Shown here in pieces: positions 1 through 12,522 of a stretch of DNA of 64,000 nucleotides. The notes beneath the pieces are model-generated. The model worked only from the letters and a program-made list of their open reading frames with translations. It did not search any database and was not told the origin of the DNA. Position 1 is the first letter of the stretch; every line of letters begins with the position of its first letter. This DNA is from Blepharisma stoltei ATCC 30299 (lineage: Eukaryota; Protista; Ciliophora): contig CBFDEM010000028.1 in NCBI GenBank assembly GCA_965603825.1, forward strand, positions 434,001 to 498,000. The letters run 5' to 3'. The position numbers and the translations under genes were made by a program.

Positions 1-406
1 TTGAAATTTTTATAATAAAGTAAGGAAGTTATATAATTACTCAATGGAAGAATTTAAATCCATGCGACCCTTATGACATTCATAAATAATATTCAATAAT
101 TTTATAATCTTAATATATAATAAGCAATATAAGGAAATGCCATATTAATTCGAGATTGTAAAATTATTATCATTCTCTAACTTATTTACATTAATTTTAT
201 TTTTTCTGCATTTTTCATGGATTATTTTTTTGATTATATCTAAAGGCAGCATGCATTTTCCTATCAGTCCCTATTATTTCCCAATAATATTAATTAAATT
301 ATCTCAAACTTAGTAAAAGCTTTAAAATATTTTTAAAATTTTCACCAACTCAGGAAAGAATTACATTATAATAGCAATTAAAAATAGCAAGCACTGCTTC
401 AATGCT

Positions 407-622
407 TTAAAATATTTCACTGAATGAATCTGTATTGATTTGAATACAATTTTGTTTCTTATTAGACTGAGATTGGGAAGACGTTGATCTTGAATCTAAA
501 CATTCTCATATATGAAGAATTTCATCAGGGTTAACTTCAACAAATCGTTGAGGAGCTGCTGACGGCTGGATTACTCGTGTATTTGGTCTTGTGCTAAGAG
601 AACAAATATCTGATTCATTCAT
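407..622 (-). CDS. Small hypothetical protein (71 aa, one TGA-Trp)
   Basis: ATG..TAA ORF MNESDICSLSTRPNTRVIQPSAAPQRF..., open only with TGA=Trp; GC-richer than flanks; GGGG run upstream. Confidence 0.5.
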
Positions 623-1483
623 TTCACTATTAAAATTATATTATATTAGCCCCAATATTTAATGTTTCTATTGATTTCTATTGCAATAAAATAATATTAA
701 ATTTAAATTAATTAGTGCAGACACCTAATGAGAAAAATGATTAAAAAATAATTGATATATTTTATTAGCGTTCATGATTTTCACTAAAATATTACTCTTG
801 CTCTCTAAAACATTTGGATTTTTAATTATTTGGAGAAGAAAAAGGCGGAAATCAAAGAAATTAATTAAAAGAAGCTGGTCTTCAAATTTTCTTCAAAAAA
901 TATGGATGTGTCGTTTGAAACGCGTATTAACTTTTATTGAAAGAATGAAGAATTTTGCTTATTTATATACTTATTTATAATTATAATTAATTTAAACATT
1001 AAATAATTGCATTTTTTTCCTTTTATCATAAATGAAAATTTATGAATAAATTCATATTAAATATTGCATTCGACCTATTTCATATTAAAAAGCTATTAAA
1101 TTCTTATAATTTCGTACATATTAAAAATTATAATAAATAAAAACTCTTTAATCTTGATAGCTATTTCTGCAAGATATTTTAACATAATATTGAAACAATG
1201 CAAATTCTACTTAACGGCTAAATTCCATAGCAAGAATTTGAAGAAATCACAAATATTAGAGGATAAGGTAGCTTTTCTAATTTTTTTCTCTCAATAATTT
1301 TTAAATTTCTAGCAAAATACAGCCATTTTATATCTAATAAATTAGTTACAAAATTTGAAAAATAGCTGCTTTCTCCATCTATTATACTAGCTAATCGAAT
1401 ACCTATTTTGAATTTTTCTCATATTTAATTTTCGCCAAAGTTTTATTGGCTCATAGCATAATTTTTACCACAAGTATTATAAT

Positions 1484-2480
1484 ATGGATTCACGTTTAAG
1501 TGCTTTCAACTCAGGACTTACAAAACTTACAGTTCCCCCTAGGCCACATTTAGATACTCAGCATTCTTCACCACACACTCCAAGTGACCACAGTCACAGT
1601 CCTTCTAAATCGTAATCTTAAAATCAGTCTGAGATCTAAAGGAAGTCCAGCAATACCCCCAAACGATGAGAGAGCCAATGCAAGAATTATACAAAACAAC
1701 TTAATTTATGTAATTAATTTGCCTCAATCAGCAGCTGACGACAGTTTACTTCGAAGTAAAGAATATTTTGGCCAATATGGACATATAAAGAAATGTTCCT
1801 TAAATCGTGGAGTTTTTGCAAATAATTCTAGCACGCCTGCATTTGGAGCTCATATAACGTTTTCAACAAGTGAAGAAGCAGCTTTATGCATAAAAGCTTG
1901 CGATAAATTTGAATTAGATTGGAAGCCGTTGACGGTAACATACGGTACTACAAAATACTGTAATTATTTTTTAAGTGGCACTCAGTGTCCTAAAAAGGAT
2001 TGTCTTTACCTTCATAAAGAAGCTCCAGAAGCTGACACTGTCCCTCGTGAGCATATTCCTAGTAAACACATCCAGGGCCACGATGCTGCAATTGATAAAA
2101 TTAGGGTAATAATCCAGCCACCAGTTCTTCCTTACAAGCTTCCCTCAGCAAGAGTCGTAAGAGACCGCGCTACAAGTGAAATAATCCCTATGTCGCCTCA
2201 ACAAAACAGAATCCGATCATATTCTAAAGAATTCAACCTTCACAATTTATTCAATCTTGTTGAAGAAGGTGACGAGACACCTCCAGAAGTCCCAAAAATA
2301 TTTAATAAATTACTGAGCAGTGCATCTCCATGCAAAGATTTAGTCGAAATATCTACCGAAGATATAGAAGAAATTTTAAGCCCTACAAGTCCTGATAAGT
2401 GGGCTGTAGACGTGCTTGATATCCAAGAGAGTCCAGATGAAGAGAAAGTGTTAGTTTCTTCGAAATGTCGAAGAGAGTAA
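1484..2480 (+). CDS. NOT4/CNOT4-like RRM + C3H1 zinc-finger protein lacking the N-terminal RING; 16-nt intron 1612-1627
   Basis: RIIQNNLIYVINLP...EYFGQYG RRM and YGTTKYCNYFL..CPKKDCLYLH are NOT4 hallmarks; ATG 1484 joins the frame after removing GTAATCTTAAAATCAG. Confidence 0.8.
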
Positions 2481-2526
2481 GTAATACACAAGATTTCATA
2501 TTAAAATTAAATTTTGACAATATTTT

Positions 2527-5500
2527 ATGCGTAACCAAATAAAAAAGAAAAAGGAAACCCATCAGCAGCAAAAAATTGTGAATGGAAATGAAGCAGAAAT
2601 GGATGAAAATGAAAGTGTAATTATAGGGCTCCAGTCAAAACTGATGGCTTTGGAACAAAAATATATAGATTTTGCTGGGAGATGTGCTTGCATTTTAGAA
2701 GAAAATAAATCGCAGATGGGCAGAGAAACCAAAGGTGAGAAGATCGTTGACACTTTTGATGATTTGTTTGAAGAAAATAAAAAAATTCAAAGCGATTTAG
2801 ATTTTGTTATTGATGAAAAAGATAATTTAAAAAAGGACAAAAATTCCCAACTGAAAAAGATCGAAGCAAAGATTTATGAATTGTGCATGAATGATAATGA
2901 GAAAAGAAAAACAGCAAGAGGCATAGTCAATGAAATTAAACTTATGATTAATTTACAAGAAAATAATGAAGGAATTAAAAGGAAGTTTGAAGAAGAGCTG
3001 CATAGAGTAAAAGAAAAATATTTCAAGGCAGTTAAAGCTAAAGACGCAGAAATTTTGAAGCTGAAAAAAGAAAAAGATGTGTTTGATAAGACAATAAGAG
3101 AGCTGCATAAGCAAGCAAGAGATTTAAAAAGTTGACAGGAAATGGCGGCTAAGGCTAAAACTCAAACTGATTTTTGCAGATGGACTGAAGGATCAAGACC
3201 TGCGTCAAGATGTGAAAGCACTGATTTAAAAAAATTCAGACCAAACACCCCAGGAGGATCGTTTTCAAGGTCAACTTTAGCAGGATCTCCTCTTCCTATA
3301 TCTCATATCAGAAAAAACAGCAAAGAGCTGCTAAAATCTTATTTTCCTCAAACTAAAGAATTCAGCCCCCTTCGCTTATCAAGATCAAGCACTCCTGCAT
3401 CTCGTTCTGTTTCTCCTCAAAATAGAGAATTTCATAAAATTAAAAAACAGCTAAATGAAACAAAACAAAAATTAGATAAAATAACCCAAGAAAGAGACAA
3501 TTTTAAAGCCTGGAAAACAAGCCACACAAGGACTCAGTCATTTAGCTCAACTGGATCTTATTGGCATGAATTTGATAAGAAAAAACTGAATGAAACTGTT
3601 GGACTTATAAAAGCTAAAGCAAATACAATCATAAAAGGAGCAAAAAATTATATTGATGCTAGTGTAAGAGCACAAAGAGCTATATTGAACTCAGAATTTA
3701 ATAAAAGCGAAACTATTGAAAAGGCTGGAAATTTGAAGGCTAAATTGAGACAAATAATAAGAGATTTTGAAAGTGATAAGTTTTTACAGAGTCTTGATAA
3801 GGGCTCTGATAAAAATTTGGATTTTTGGCAGGAAAATGAAGATATTACAATTTTAGAAGGAGAGATGCAGAAAGAAAAAGAGAAAAATGAAGAATATTTG
3901 AAAATAATTGATGAAAAAAATAAAGAAAAAGAAAGTATTTTAAGAGAATTAGAGAAAATGAAGGATGAAGTTGATGAAAAAGAGAAGAATGTTAAGGATC
4001 TAAAGGAGCAAAATATGATGATAAAGATGACTATGAAAAATATGAGAGAAATTTTTCAAGAAGCTCCAAGAGGGAATTTAGATAATGCAGAAAATAATAA
4101 GATGATAACCGATTTGAAAAATATTTTGATGAGTGAGGTTTTGAGATATTATAAGAAATTTGATGATTTTTCCGATAAAATATGCCAAGCAATCATAAAA
4201 AGGGAAGCCCAACTCGTAAAAGTAGAAGAGTCTCTCAATAAGATAAAATCATATTGGATTGAATCTGTATCTGAAAATTCAAAAAATTCAAAAAATATAA
4301 GCTTTATAGATGAACTATTAGAAGCAAATAAAGCTCTCAAAGAAAGTCAAATTTTAAATGAAGAAAAGTTCAAAAAACAAATTAATGACTTGGCTTCAAA
4401 AATATCTGGCTTAGAGAACGAAAAATACGCTCTTGAAAATGAATTGCTTACAATTAAAGAAAAACAAATTAAAGAGTCAAGTAATCAAACTTCTTATCAG
4501 CTTAAACAAAAAGCCCAAGAAATCGAAAGGCTATCACAATTAAATATTGAACTAAAAAATGAGATAAATATCCTTGAAAACCAACTTCAGGACTCTAAAA
4601 CTGAATATGAATCAAAAAATCATCAGCTAGAAAAAGAAATGAAAATCAAAATTGATGCTTTTGAAAATCAAATTAAATTTCAAAAAAACGAATTTAGTAA
4701 GTTAGAAAAGGAGCTCAAACAGACTTCTCATAATATGCAAAATTCCAATAAAAATCTAGAAAAAGAAAATGATTTGCTTAGGTCTGATTATGAATTGAAA
4801 ATTAATGATTACAAAGAAGATTTAAATAAAAAGGAAGCAGAAATAATTGAGAAAGATATTATCATAGAAGAGCTAAATGAAAATATAAATAATCTAGAAA
4901 ACAGATTGAAATGTAATAATTTGGAAGCTGAAGAAAAAATCCACAATTTAAATACAAAGATTTTTGAATTAAATAAACTTTTGCATTCAAATCGCAATAA
5001 ATCAGAAGAAAAATCAGATCTTCAAGCTAGTGCTATTGAGGAAAACGAAGAATTGAAATCACAAATCAATTCTATTTGTCTAGAATTAAATGAAGCAACA
5101 AAGTCATTACAAAAAGAAAAAACCATTAATAAAGATACAAAAATAGCTTTAAATGAGCTTTCAGACAAGATTTTTAAAGTACCTCGTGAAAAGGAAGAAA
5201 CTTCATCAGAATTGAATATAAAAATAAAGCAGCTTGAAAAAGAAAAACTTCAAATCTCATCAGAATATATAGAAAAAATAGAAAATATTAATAAAGAATT
5301 TGAAGCTGATAAGAAGAGACTTACAGATGAAAATAGCAAACTTCAAAATGAAATAAAAGACTTCATAAACTCAAGCCCAAATAATACACTTGACATTTCC
5401 AATAATATAGAAGAAATAGCAGAAATTATTAACGAAATTACTGATAGTGCATATTCAGAATCAGATATAGTTTCAAATTTCCCAGATATTTTGCTTGAGA

Positions 5501-7074
5501 TTAAAGGTGAATATTTAGAAGTTTTTGATAGAAATTCACAGCTAGAAAAATTCTGCAAGAAATTTGTAGAAGATACAAATGCCAAACTTAAGTTTTTAGA
5601 AGATGAAAAATCATCAATTTTGGCAAGAGAAAAAGAGCTTAAAGAGCAAGTGGAAGATTTAAAAATTCTTAATTATGAGACTACAAAACTTCTAGATGAA
5701 GCCAAACTTAATTTAGCCCAGCTAGAAGATGACTTAGAAAACGAAAAATCGTTATCGTTAAAATTAAATGAAGAAAATGATGCTTTTAATAATATTTTAG
5801 ACGAAAATTCTAAAGCTACACAGGAACTTAATCAAGAGATAAAAGATCTCAAACAAAAAAACTTTCAGGTTTTAAATGATTATACAAACCAGAGATCTGT
5901 AATAGAAAAACTAACTGAGGAAAAAGAATATTTAGAGCAAAGATTGCAGTCAGCAATTGCAACAACTCAGCTTTCAGGAAATCAGCTTCGAGAAAATAAT
6001 CTACAGCTCCAATCCCAAGTTGCCTTATTAGAATCTTCAAATAATTCATTTGCTAAAATGAAATTACAACTAGAAAGCAAAAACTCAAGACTTGAATTTG
6101 AAAACTCAGAATATGCTAAAATTATCGAAGAAAAGAATAAAAATATTAAAAATAATATGCAAAAAATTACCCAGCAGGATAGTGAAATACAGAAGCTAAA
6201 ACATAAGTTTGAAAAAGCTGCAAATGACTGTGAAAATGAAAAGAAAAAAAATATAGAAATGCTAAGCAGGATACAAAATGAAGAAATCACATATCAAACT
6301 AATTTGACTTCACTAGAGAATGAATTAAGAGCGGCTAGACAAGAGAGAAGAAGCTCTTTCAGAAAAATGTCAGCTCCTCTGCAAGAACCTTCTGGTGAAG
6401 GATTCCAATTCAGATCTTCTAATATAAAATTATTTGTAGACACCTCAGCAGAAGGCTTAAAGCAAAAAGATTCAGAAGAAAAAGTCTCTGAAAAGCTACT
6501 ATCATTAATAAAACAGCTAGAAAATCTCATTGAGAAAAACTATGATAGAAAAATCCCTGAACCTTTAGTTGCTTTGTTCAATAAATATGCATCAAAGCTG
6601 CAGTCAGCAAATATTGACCATGATATTGATATAATTTCTGCTGAAAGTCCGAATAAATCAAATTACCCTCAATTATCAAATGAATCCCCCACTTCTTTGG
6701 TTCGTGAGGTTGATTCAATTTCAGTTGATTCTCAAGAAGCTAATTATCGAACCCATTTTAAAATACTTGAGCAGAAATCAATGATTGATGAATTAAATAA
6801 AAAGCTTTTGAATAAAAAGCGAAAACTCATAGCTACATCGGAGCTTACAAAAGCTCTTAAAGATAACATTAAGGATCTTCAAAGTCGAAGCCTTGATGTG
6901 GAAAATTTAAGAAATTCTTTACTCAGCTTAATGAAATTATTGCCACCTTTAAATATAGAATCTCAAGCTATCATCCAAACAATTAAATCCCAATTGAATC
7001 TTCTAGATAAGCCAGATCAATCAGAAGGATCTATTAAAATCGAGAAAAAAGGAAGATGAAACATTTTTGGTTAA
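2527..7074 (+). CDS. Giant coiled-coil protein (~1500 aa), possibly golgin-like with a degenerate C-terminal GRIP-like segment
   Basis: Track ORFs 2527-3135 and 3142-7059 are in frame across TGA; TGA 7057 reads on to TAA 7072-7074 (ends KKGRWNIFG); E/K/L/N heptad composition; start may be ATG 2599. Confidence 0.8.
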
Positions 7075-7122
7075 AATGACTAGCTTACTATTATTTATAA
7101 TATCCAAGGATTATTGATATAA

Positions 7123-7800
7123 CTACTGATATACTTCATCAAATAACTCTTTTGGGCACTCATCGATTTCCTTTATAAATAATTCTTTCCACCCTGAAAT
7201 CACTCTTTCACTCAGTCCCAGCACCAAAGCTACAGGCCTCACACAGCCTACCTTTAAAGCGATCCTCACAATTTCTAACTTCAAATCATTTTCTAGTCCA
7301 ATTTCTGCATCAGTTCCGTTACTTTTCATTCTCCTTCTAATTTCTTCACATTTATCAAGTACATCATTACTTAGCATATTTCTTATTTCATTTAGCGAGC
7401 TTGTCCCTTTAAATTCTTTTCTATTAATTTTTGGTCTAGTGCACTTTGTCATATTAAGTTTAGGAGTCCTTAAATCATCCATTCCCCCCAAAACTCCATC
7501 AATATAATTGAGCTTTTTCGTAAATCTTTGAGGACCATTTTCTGCGAAGCAGCTAGGATTTTTTTTTCATTCTCGATGCCAAGCTTTAATGTGTGCATAA
7601 GTTATATTGCAAAGGCGCATTAAAATATGGATACCTCCATGCTCGTTGTAAAGGCGACAAATTTCTTCTTTAACATGGTCTGGGATTTCATTTGATCGAA
7701 ATTGTTTACCTTTATAGAAAGGCTTAAGTTCTTCTCGAAGTCTTTTCATTCTGAGGGCTAGCTCGTGGATTCTTTCTTGATGGCTCATTTGATCAGACAT
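7123..7800 (-). CDS. Protein with two helix-turn-helix-like modules (225 aa)
   Basis: Two track ORFs join across TGA 7567 with no TAA/TAG; repeated pattern KxEI..........L.I....I..W. Confidence 0.7.
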
Positions 7801-7906
7801 TTTTAATTACTTTTGCCCCCATAAAAATTTTAATATTTTTTAATAGTGAAAAGATTTTTGGGAAAATATATTTGGGAAACTAATTTAAAGATTATTATAA
7901 ATTAAA

Positions 7907-8557
7907 TTAAATCCCCATTTTTCTCTCTTTTTTGAACTCTTTCAACACTGGATAAATTTTTTTAAAGGCTACTTTGATGTCTTCTCTTGTCTTTGCCCCT
8001 GTAAACACCATTTTTCCTGATGTAAATAGCAAAAGCGAAACTTTTGGCTGCAACATCCTATAGATTAACCCAGGGAATACTTCAGGCTCATAGCTCGAGA
8101 AATTAAAATGCTTTATAGCAATTCCTTCAAGCCTTACAGGGAACCTTATATCAGCTGAAGCTACTAAATTTTGGATTTTAAATTCAGTAAAAGTTGCAGA
8201 GTAGCCAATTTTTTGGATAATTCTTGTAAATTTTCTAGAAGCCAAACGAGCTTGAGCTTCGTCTCTTGCGCCTGTGACTACGATTTTTCCTGATGCAAAT
8301 ATTAATGCAGTTGTTTTCGGTTCTCTAATTCTCATTATTAAAGCACAAAACCGCTTTGGATTGTATTCGGAATTTCTTGCTTTTATTGCAACTTGCTTTA
8401 AATCTAATGCACATTGTAAATTTGCAGTAGCAACGACATTTTGGACTACTGGTTCTTTTGCAGGGACATCAAAATTAAAGCTGGTAGTTTTTAGAGCAAA
8501 GCCTTGTTTATCGTTGAGAAGATTGGTAGCAGAAGAAATGGTGTTGAGATCTTCCAT
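7907..8557 (-). CDS. TBP: TATA-box binding protein
   Basis: [42 protein letters not shown] two-repeat TBP core. Confidence 0.98.
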   Translation of the reverse strand: MEDLNTISSATNLLNDKQGFALKTTSFNFDVPAKEPVVQNVVATANLQCALDLKQVAIKARNSEYNPKRFCALIMRIREPKTTALIFASGKIVVTGARDEAQARLASRKFTRIIQKIGYSATFTEFKIQNLVASADIRFPVRLEGIAIKHFNFSSYEPEVFPGLIYRMLQPKVSLLLFTSGKMVFTGAKTREDIKVAFKKIYPVLKEFKKERKMGI

Positions 8558-9346
8558 ATTTAAACCCCCAATTTATTATAATTTTTATTAAATTTAAAAT
8601 CATTTATTTTGTTTAATTTTTTATCAATAATTTATTTAATTTATGTGTTTTGAATATTTATTAAATTCATTTATTTTATCTTTGATTTATATCAAAAAGA
8701 AATCTTGATAGAATTCTGATTCATCCATTATATTGCTTCATTTCCTAGTCCAATCCGCAATATTTAGCATCCTTAGAGGCCATAATTAGCTTAATAGTAT
8801 TTGCAAGCTATCAATAAAATAGCCTAATCACTATAAAAAGCTCTTTAACTTCTGCATTATTCTTAATTTTATTCAAAGCAATATTTAAGGTGCCTAAGGC
8901 GTGATAATGTATAATTTTATTATTTGTTAAAGCAATATTTAACTCATTCTTTCTATTTTGCATTATCGTTCTCTTCAAAAGTATATTTTTTATATTCATT
9001 TGACTATATCATTTTTTGGTCCAAAAACTGGAGAAAACAATGATTATCAACTATCGACCATCGATCTTTGTTTAATTTGATCAAATATTATAATAAGTAG
9101 TAATTAATTGAACTAGAAGAATCAATATTTACACCTTGAGAAAATTCATTTAAATGGATTAAATCGAAATTAGCAATAATCGATAATTTATCGAGCCAAT
9201 GTATAGAAAGAGATAAAATTATTATAGCGCTTAAAGTTCTATTATGTTAATAAGAGGCAATCGCAAGCAGATATTTTAAATATAAAATGACCTAATGATT
9301 TATCGGCAATATATAAGCATAGTCTAAACTGATATAACTTAATAAT

Positions 9347-9901
9347 TTATTTTTGATATACTGATTTCGCCATAAGAGTAGCGAATAATCCTTCAGATTT
9401 CATCCTCCCAGATAAGCACTTTATCTGGTTAGCTCTCAACTCAGCGTCATGCACAGTTGTGTAATCAATTGTTAAATCTTCAAATTCAGGGATAATTATG
9501 TTCTTGTGGCTCCCGAACGGAGATTTGGGGAATTTGGGTACTTTTATTAGCTCGTAATTCGATTTTACAGTCTTAACTTGGCTTTTAAGTGAGCTGGCAA
9601 GAGTTTTATAAGGAATCGCTAATCGTGATAATCGTTTACTATGGTCAGTACTCGAAAGGGCTGTGGGAGAAAGTGGAGGTAATGTAGCAGATTTTAGCTT
9701 TGTTAAGAAATCTTCTTTTATTGGAGGTAGCCGTGGACTAGATTTGGCCTTGCTGAGTACAGATACCTTCGAACAGTCAATTTTCAACTTTTCTCGAAGT
9801 GGAGAAGGGCTATTTCTTGTTGTAAGGGAACGCTTTTTCCAGACTTGGCTTGATAATATACGCTCAATGTCACTGTTAGCAGAGTTTGATTGTTCAGTCA
9901 T
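9347..9901 (-). CDS. Hypothetical basic S/P/K-rich protein
   Basis: 184-aa ORF from ATG 9901 to TAA; coding-like composition. Confidence 0.7.
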   Translation of the reverse strand: MTEQSNSANSDIERILSSQVWKKRSLTTRNSPSPLREKLKIDCSKVSVLSKAKSSPRLPPIKEDFLTKLKSATLPPLSPTALSSTDHSKRLSRLAIPYKTLASSLKSQVKTVKSNYELIKVPKFPKSPFGSHKNIIIPEFEDLTIDYTTVHDAELRANQIKCLSGRMKSEGLFATLMAKSVYQK

Positions 9902-10138
9902 CCTCGATTTCAAATGATATTAATGATTAGTTCAAAGAATATTATTGTAAATGAATCTTTACTATACAAATATACAGATTTAATAGATATAAATATATGG
10001 CATAATAATCATTTTAAAATTAATCACTAAATCATTTTTTATCAAAAGCCTTAGCAAATAGAATATTCCAGAAATTGGATACCTCAATATCGAAATAATA
10101 GTATGATTAATTATTATTATTATTATTTATAGTAAAAT

Positions 10139-12508
10139 TTATTCATCAGCTATTAGTTTTTCTTCTTCATTTTCACTCGTTTTTGTATTAAAAATAACGA
10201 CTCCTGATTCCGCCCCTGGCGTCTTATCAATATTAATATTATCTATGCTGATTTCAGAGACATCTGCAGATGATATAAAGTGGTTTGACTTCGTTTCAAT
10301 GACTGACTCTATCAAGCTTAAAGAAGACGCCCTTGATTTTATAGGTGGCAAACTTCCATGCTTTCCTTCTTTAGCAGCTTTTAGCAATTTTCTTGCAGAC
10401 ACAAGCATATTTTCCAAATTTTCCTCAATTTCACATATGCTTTTATTTCTTTCACCAATAGCTTGAAAAACTCCATCCAACGTGGGATTATTCATTTCAC
10501 TCCCATCACTGTCTTCTTCAGCGCTTGCTTCATCGCAAATATTATTTATTAACTTCTTTACATCCTGCAAAGGTTTTCCTGACAAACTTCCATTATTTTG
10601 CAGCTCTATCAATTCTTTTACTTGCTTTATTCCAGCTTTGTTAAGTTTGTCTCTTTTTTTTGACACTTTTACCATTTCTTTTCATATAAAAGGGAATTCT
10701 TTGGAAATATGTACAATAAGCGGCTTATTCATGACAAGCAAGTGACAGTTACCTACTGCTTTTACTGAATATTTGCGAGAGCATTGCTCTATTACTTCTA
10801 TATCTCCAAAGTAGCTTCCTCTTAACAAAGTCCTAAATCCAGTATTTTTTGGCCCAAAAGTGTAGCAGACTCTTCCTTTTGCAATAAAATAAATTTCATC
10901 AGAAAATTCTCCTTCTAAATAGACAAAAGATTGGTTTTCTACTAACATATGTTTGAGAAATGGAACAATTGAGGCAACAAATACAATGTCCCTTTCTGAG
11001 AAAAATGGAATTTTTTTAGCAGCGCCTCTATGCATAGCTAAAGCTACTTCATAGCGAAGGTTTTTTGGGAGCTCGTTTAAGATGTCTTGTTTATCATCCC
11101 AGGAAAACCCTGATTTTTCTGTGGAGTATTTCAATGCATGGCGAAGTCGAATTTTAAATTCTTTGCTTAATTTGGACTCCTTGGCGAATTCATCAATTAT
11201 TGCTAATTTCGTAGAAAGCATTGATTCTCTAAATAAATATTACTTTGTATCAATACCACTCAGCATTGAAGATAAACTCCCAATCGTAACAGAAAAAAAG
11301 CAGACGCCAAAAATCATCCAACAAATTGCAAGCATTTTTTCAAAATCTGTAAAAGCGTGGATATCGCCATAACCGACTGTAGTTAGTGTAGTAAACGCTC
11401 AATAAACAGATAATAAATAAAGTGTGGAATTGTCTAGATCTTGATAACCCCCTCTGACAACCCAAGTTTCTGGAGAAAAGCCCTGCAGCTTAGCTGAAAA
11501 ATATCATATGCAGCTCATTACATGTATGCATATAGCAACTGCAGTAAAAAAACTCATTAATCTCATAACGCTGTTTTTCAAGCTTAAAAATTCTTGCATT
11601 TTTTCCATGAATTCACTATTTCTATAATATTTCAGCATTTTAAAGAGTCTCGAAATTCGAAAAAGTCTATAAAGCCTTGGAATTCTTGCGAGTTTTCCTA
11701 AATTGTTATAATTCCCTGAAGTCGCACTGGACCCTGAATTATCATCCATTACTAAATTAAAGGGAAAACATGCAATTAAATCAAAAATCATCCATGTTCT
11801 TAAATAATGGTAAAAAATGGTGCAATGGTCTAAAATCAGCATAGATTCGCTGTTATAATAGGCTGAGACACTATTTATATATACATCAATCCCAAATAAA
11901 ATATTAATTCATAGGTCAATCCATCATCAAGCATTATATTTTACGTCAGTTCCAAAAGCTAAATTATAAGGCATTAGTGTAGCTGTATATATTAATAAAA
12001 ATATCAATACGATGTTTCAATATATTTTAAACTTGCTTGTCGGCAAAATAATAAAAAACCCGACATCTGGCCGACTAGAAATTCCAGTCATTTCCCTCAA
12101 TAAATCATTTTTTTTGTCTTTATTCTCAATAAAGCTTTTATGATCTAACTTCAATTCGTTCATTACAGCTGTATTTGTCCCATACAATTTAATTTCGCTT
12201 CTCAAAGATTTCATGCGTAGATTTGTTTTTATCTTCACCCTCATCCTTTGTCATATAGGTAAATATTTGCTATTAATGACAGGAGTATTTCTGATTTCTC
12301 GTTTAAGTCGTTCAGTAGATGATAAATCATTATCATCTTCAACATTTTTACTAGGTATTATAATATGCAAAGCATTTTTCGGGCTGCACATAAAGGTAGA
12401 ACTCGGAGCAGGAGGCATATCTAAATCTGCTTGTGTTGCATCTGCGCTTGGTGGATGTGTGGAAGCTCTTTTTGTGCTTCTAGCTTGCAAGACATCTAAT
12501 AGTTTCAT
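10139..12508 (-). CDS. KCNH/EAG-like 6TM K+ channel with cyclic-nucleotide-binding domain; 15-nt intron 11229-11243; 8 TGA-Trp
   Basis: S4 RIPRLYRLFRISRLFK, pore Y-W(TGA)-AFTTLTTVGYGDI, CNBD GSYFGDIEVI..RKYSV; five track ORFs are one gene. Confidence 0.92.
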
Positions 12509-12522
12509 ATTTTTTAAGAAAA

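Noticed and set aside
774-980. 68-aa track ORF
   Set aside because: Lies in an extremely AT-rich spacer with no motif; likely chance
4149-6530. Minus-strand ORFs opposite the coiled-coil gene (and similar shadows opposite TBP, kinases, RPS9, Rieske, CDPK)
   Set aside because: F/S/L/I-rich antisense shadows of real genes
7123-7800. Intact transposon
   Set aside because: No DDE domain, terminal inverted repeats or target-site duplication seen
10139-12508. Fragmented genes read as pseudogenes, or TGA read as selenocysteine
   Set aside because: Frames are continuous, TGAs align with Trp rather than Cys, and no SECIS was recognised
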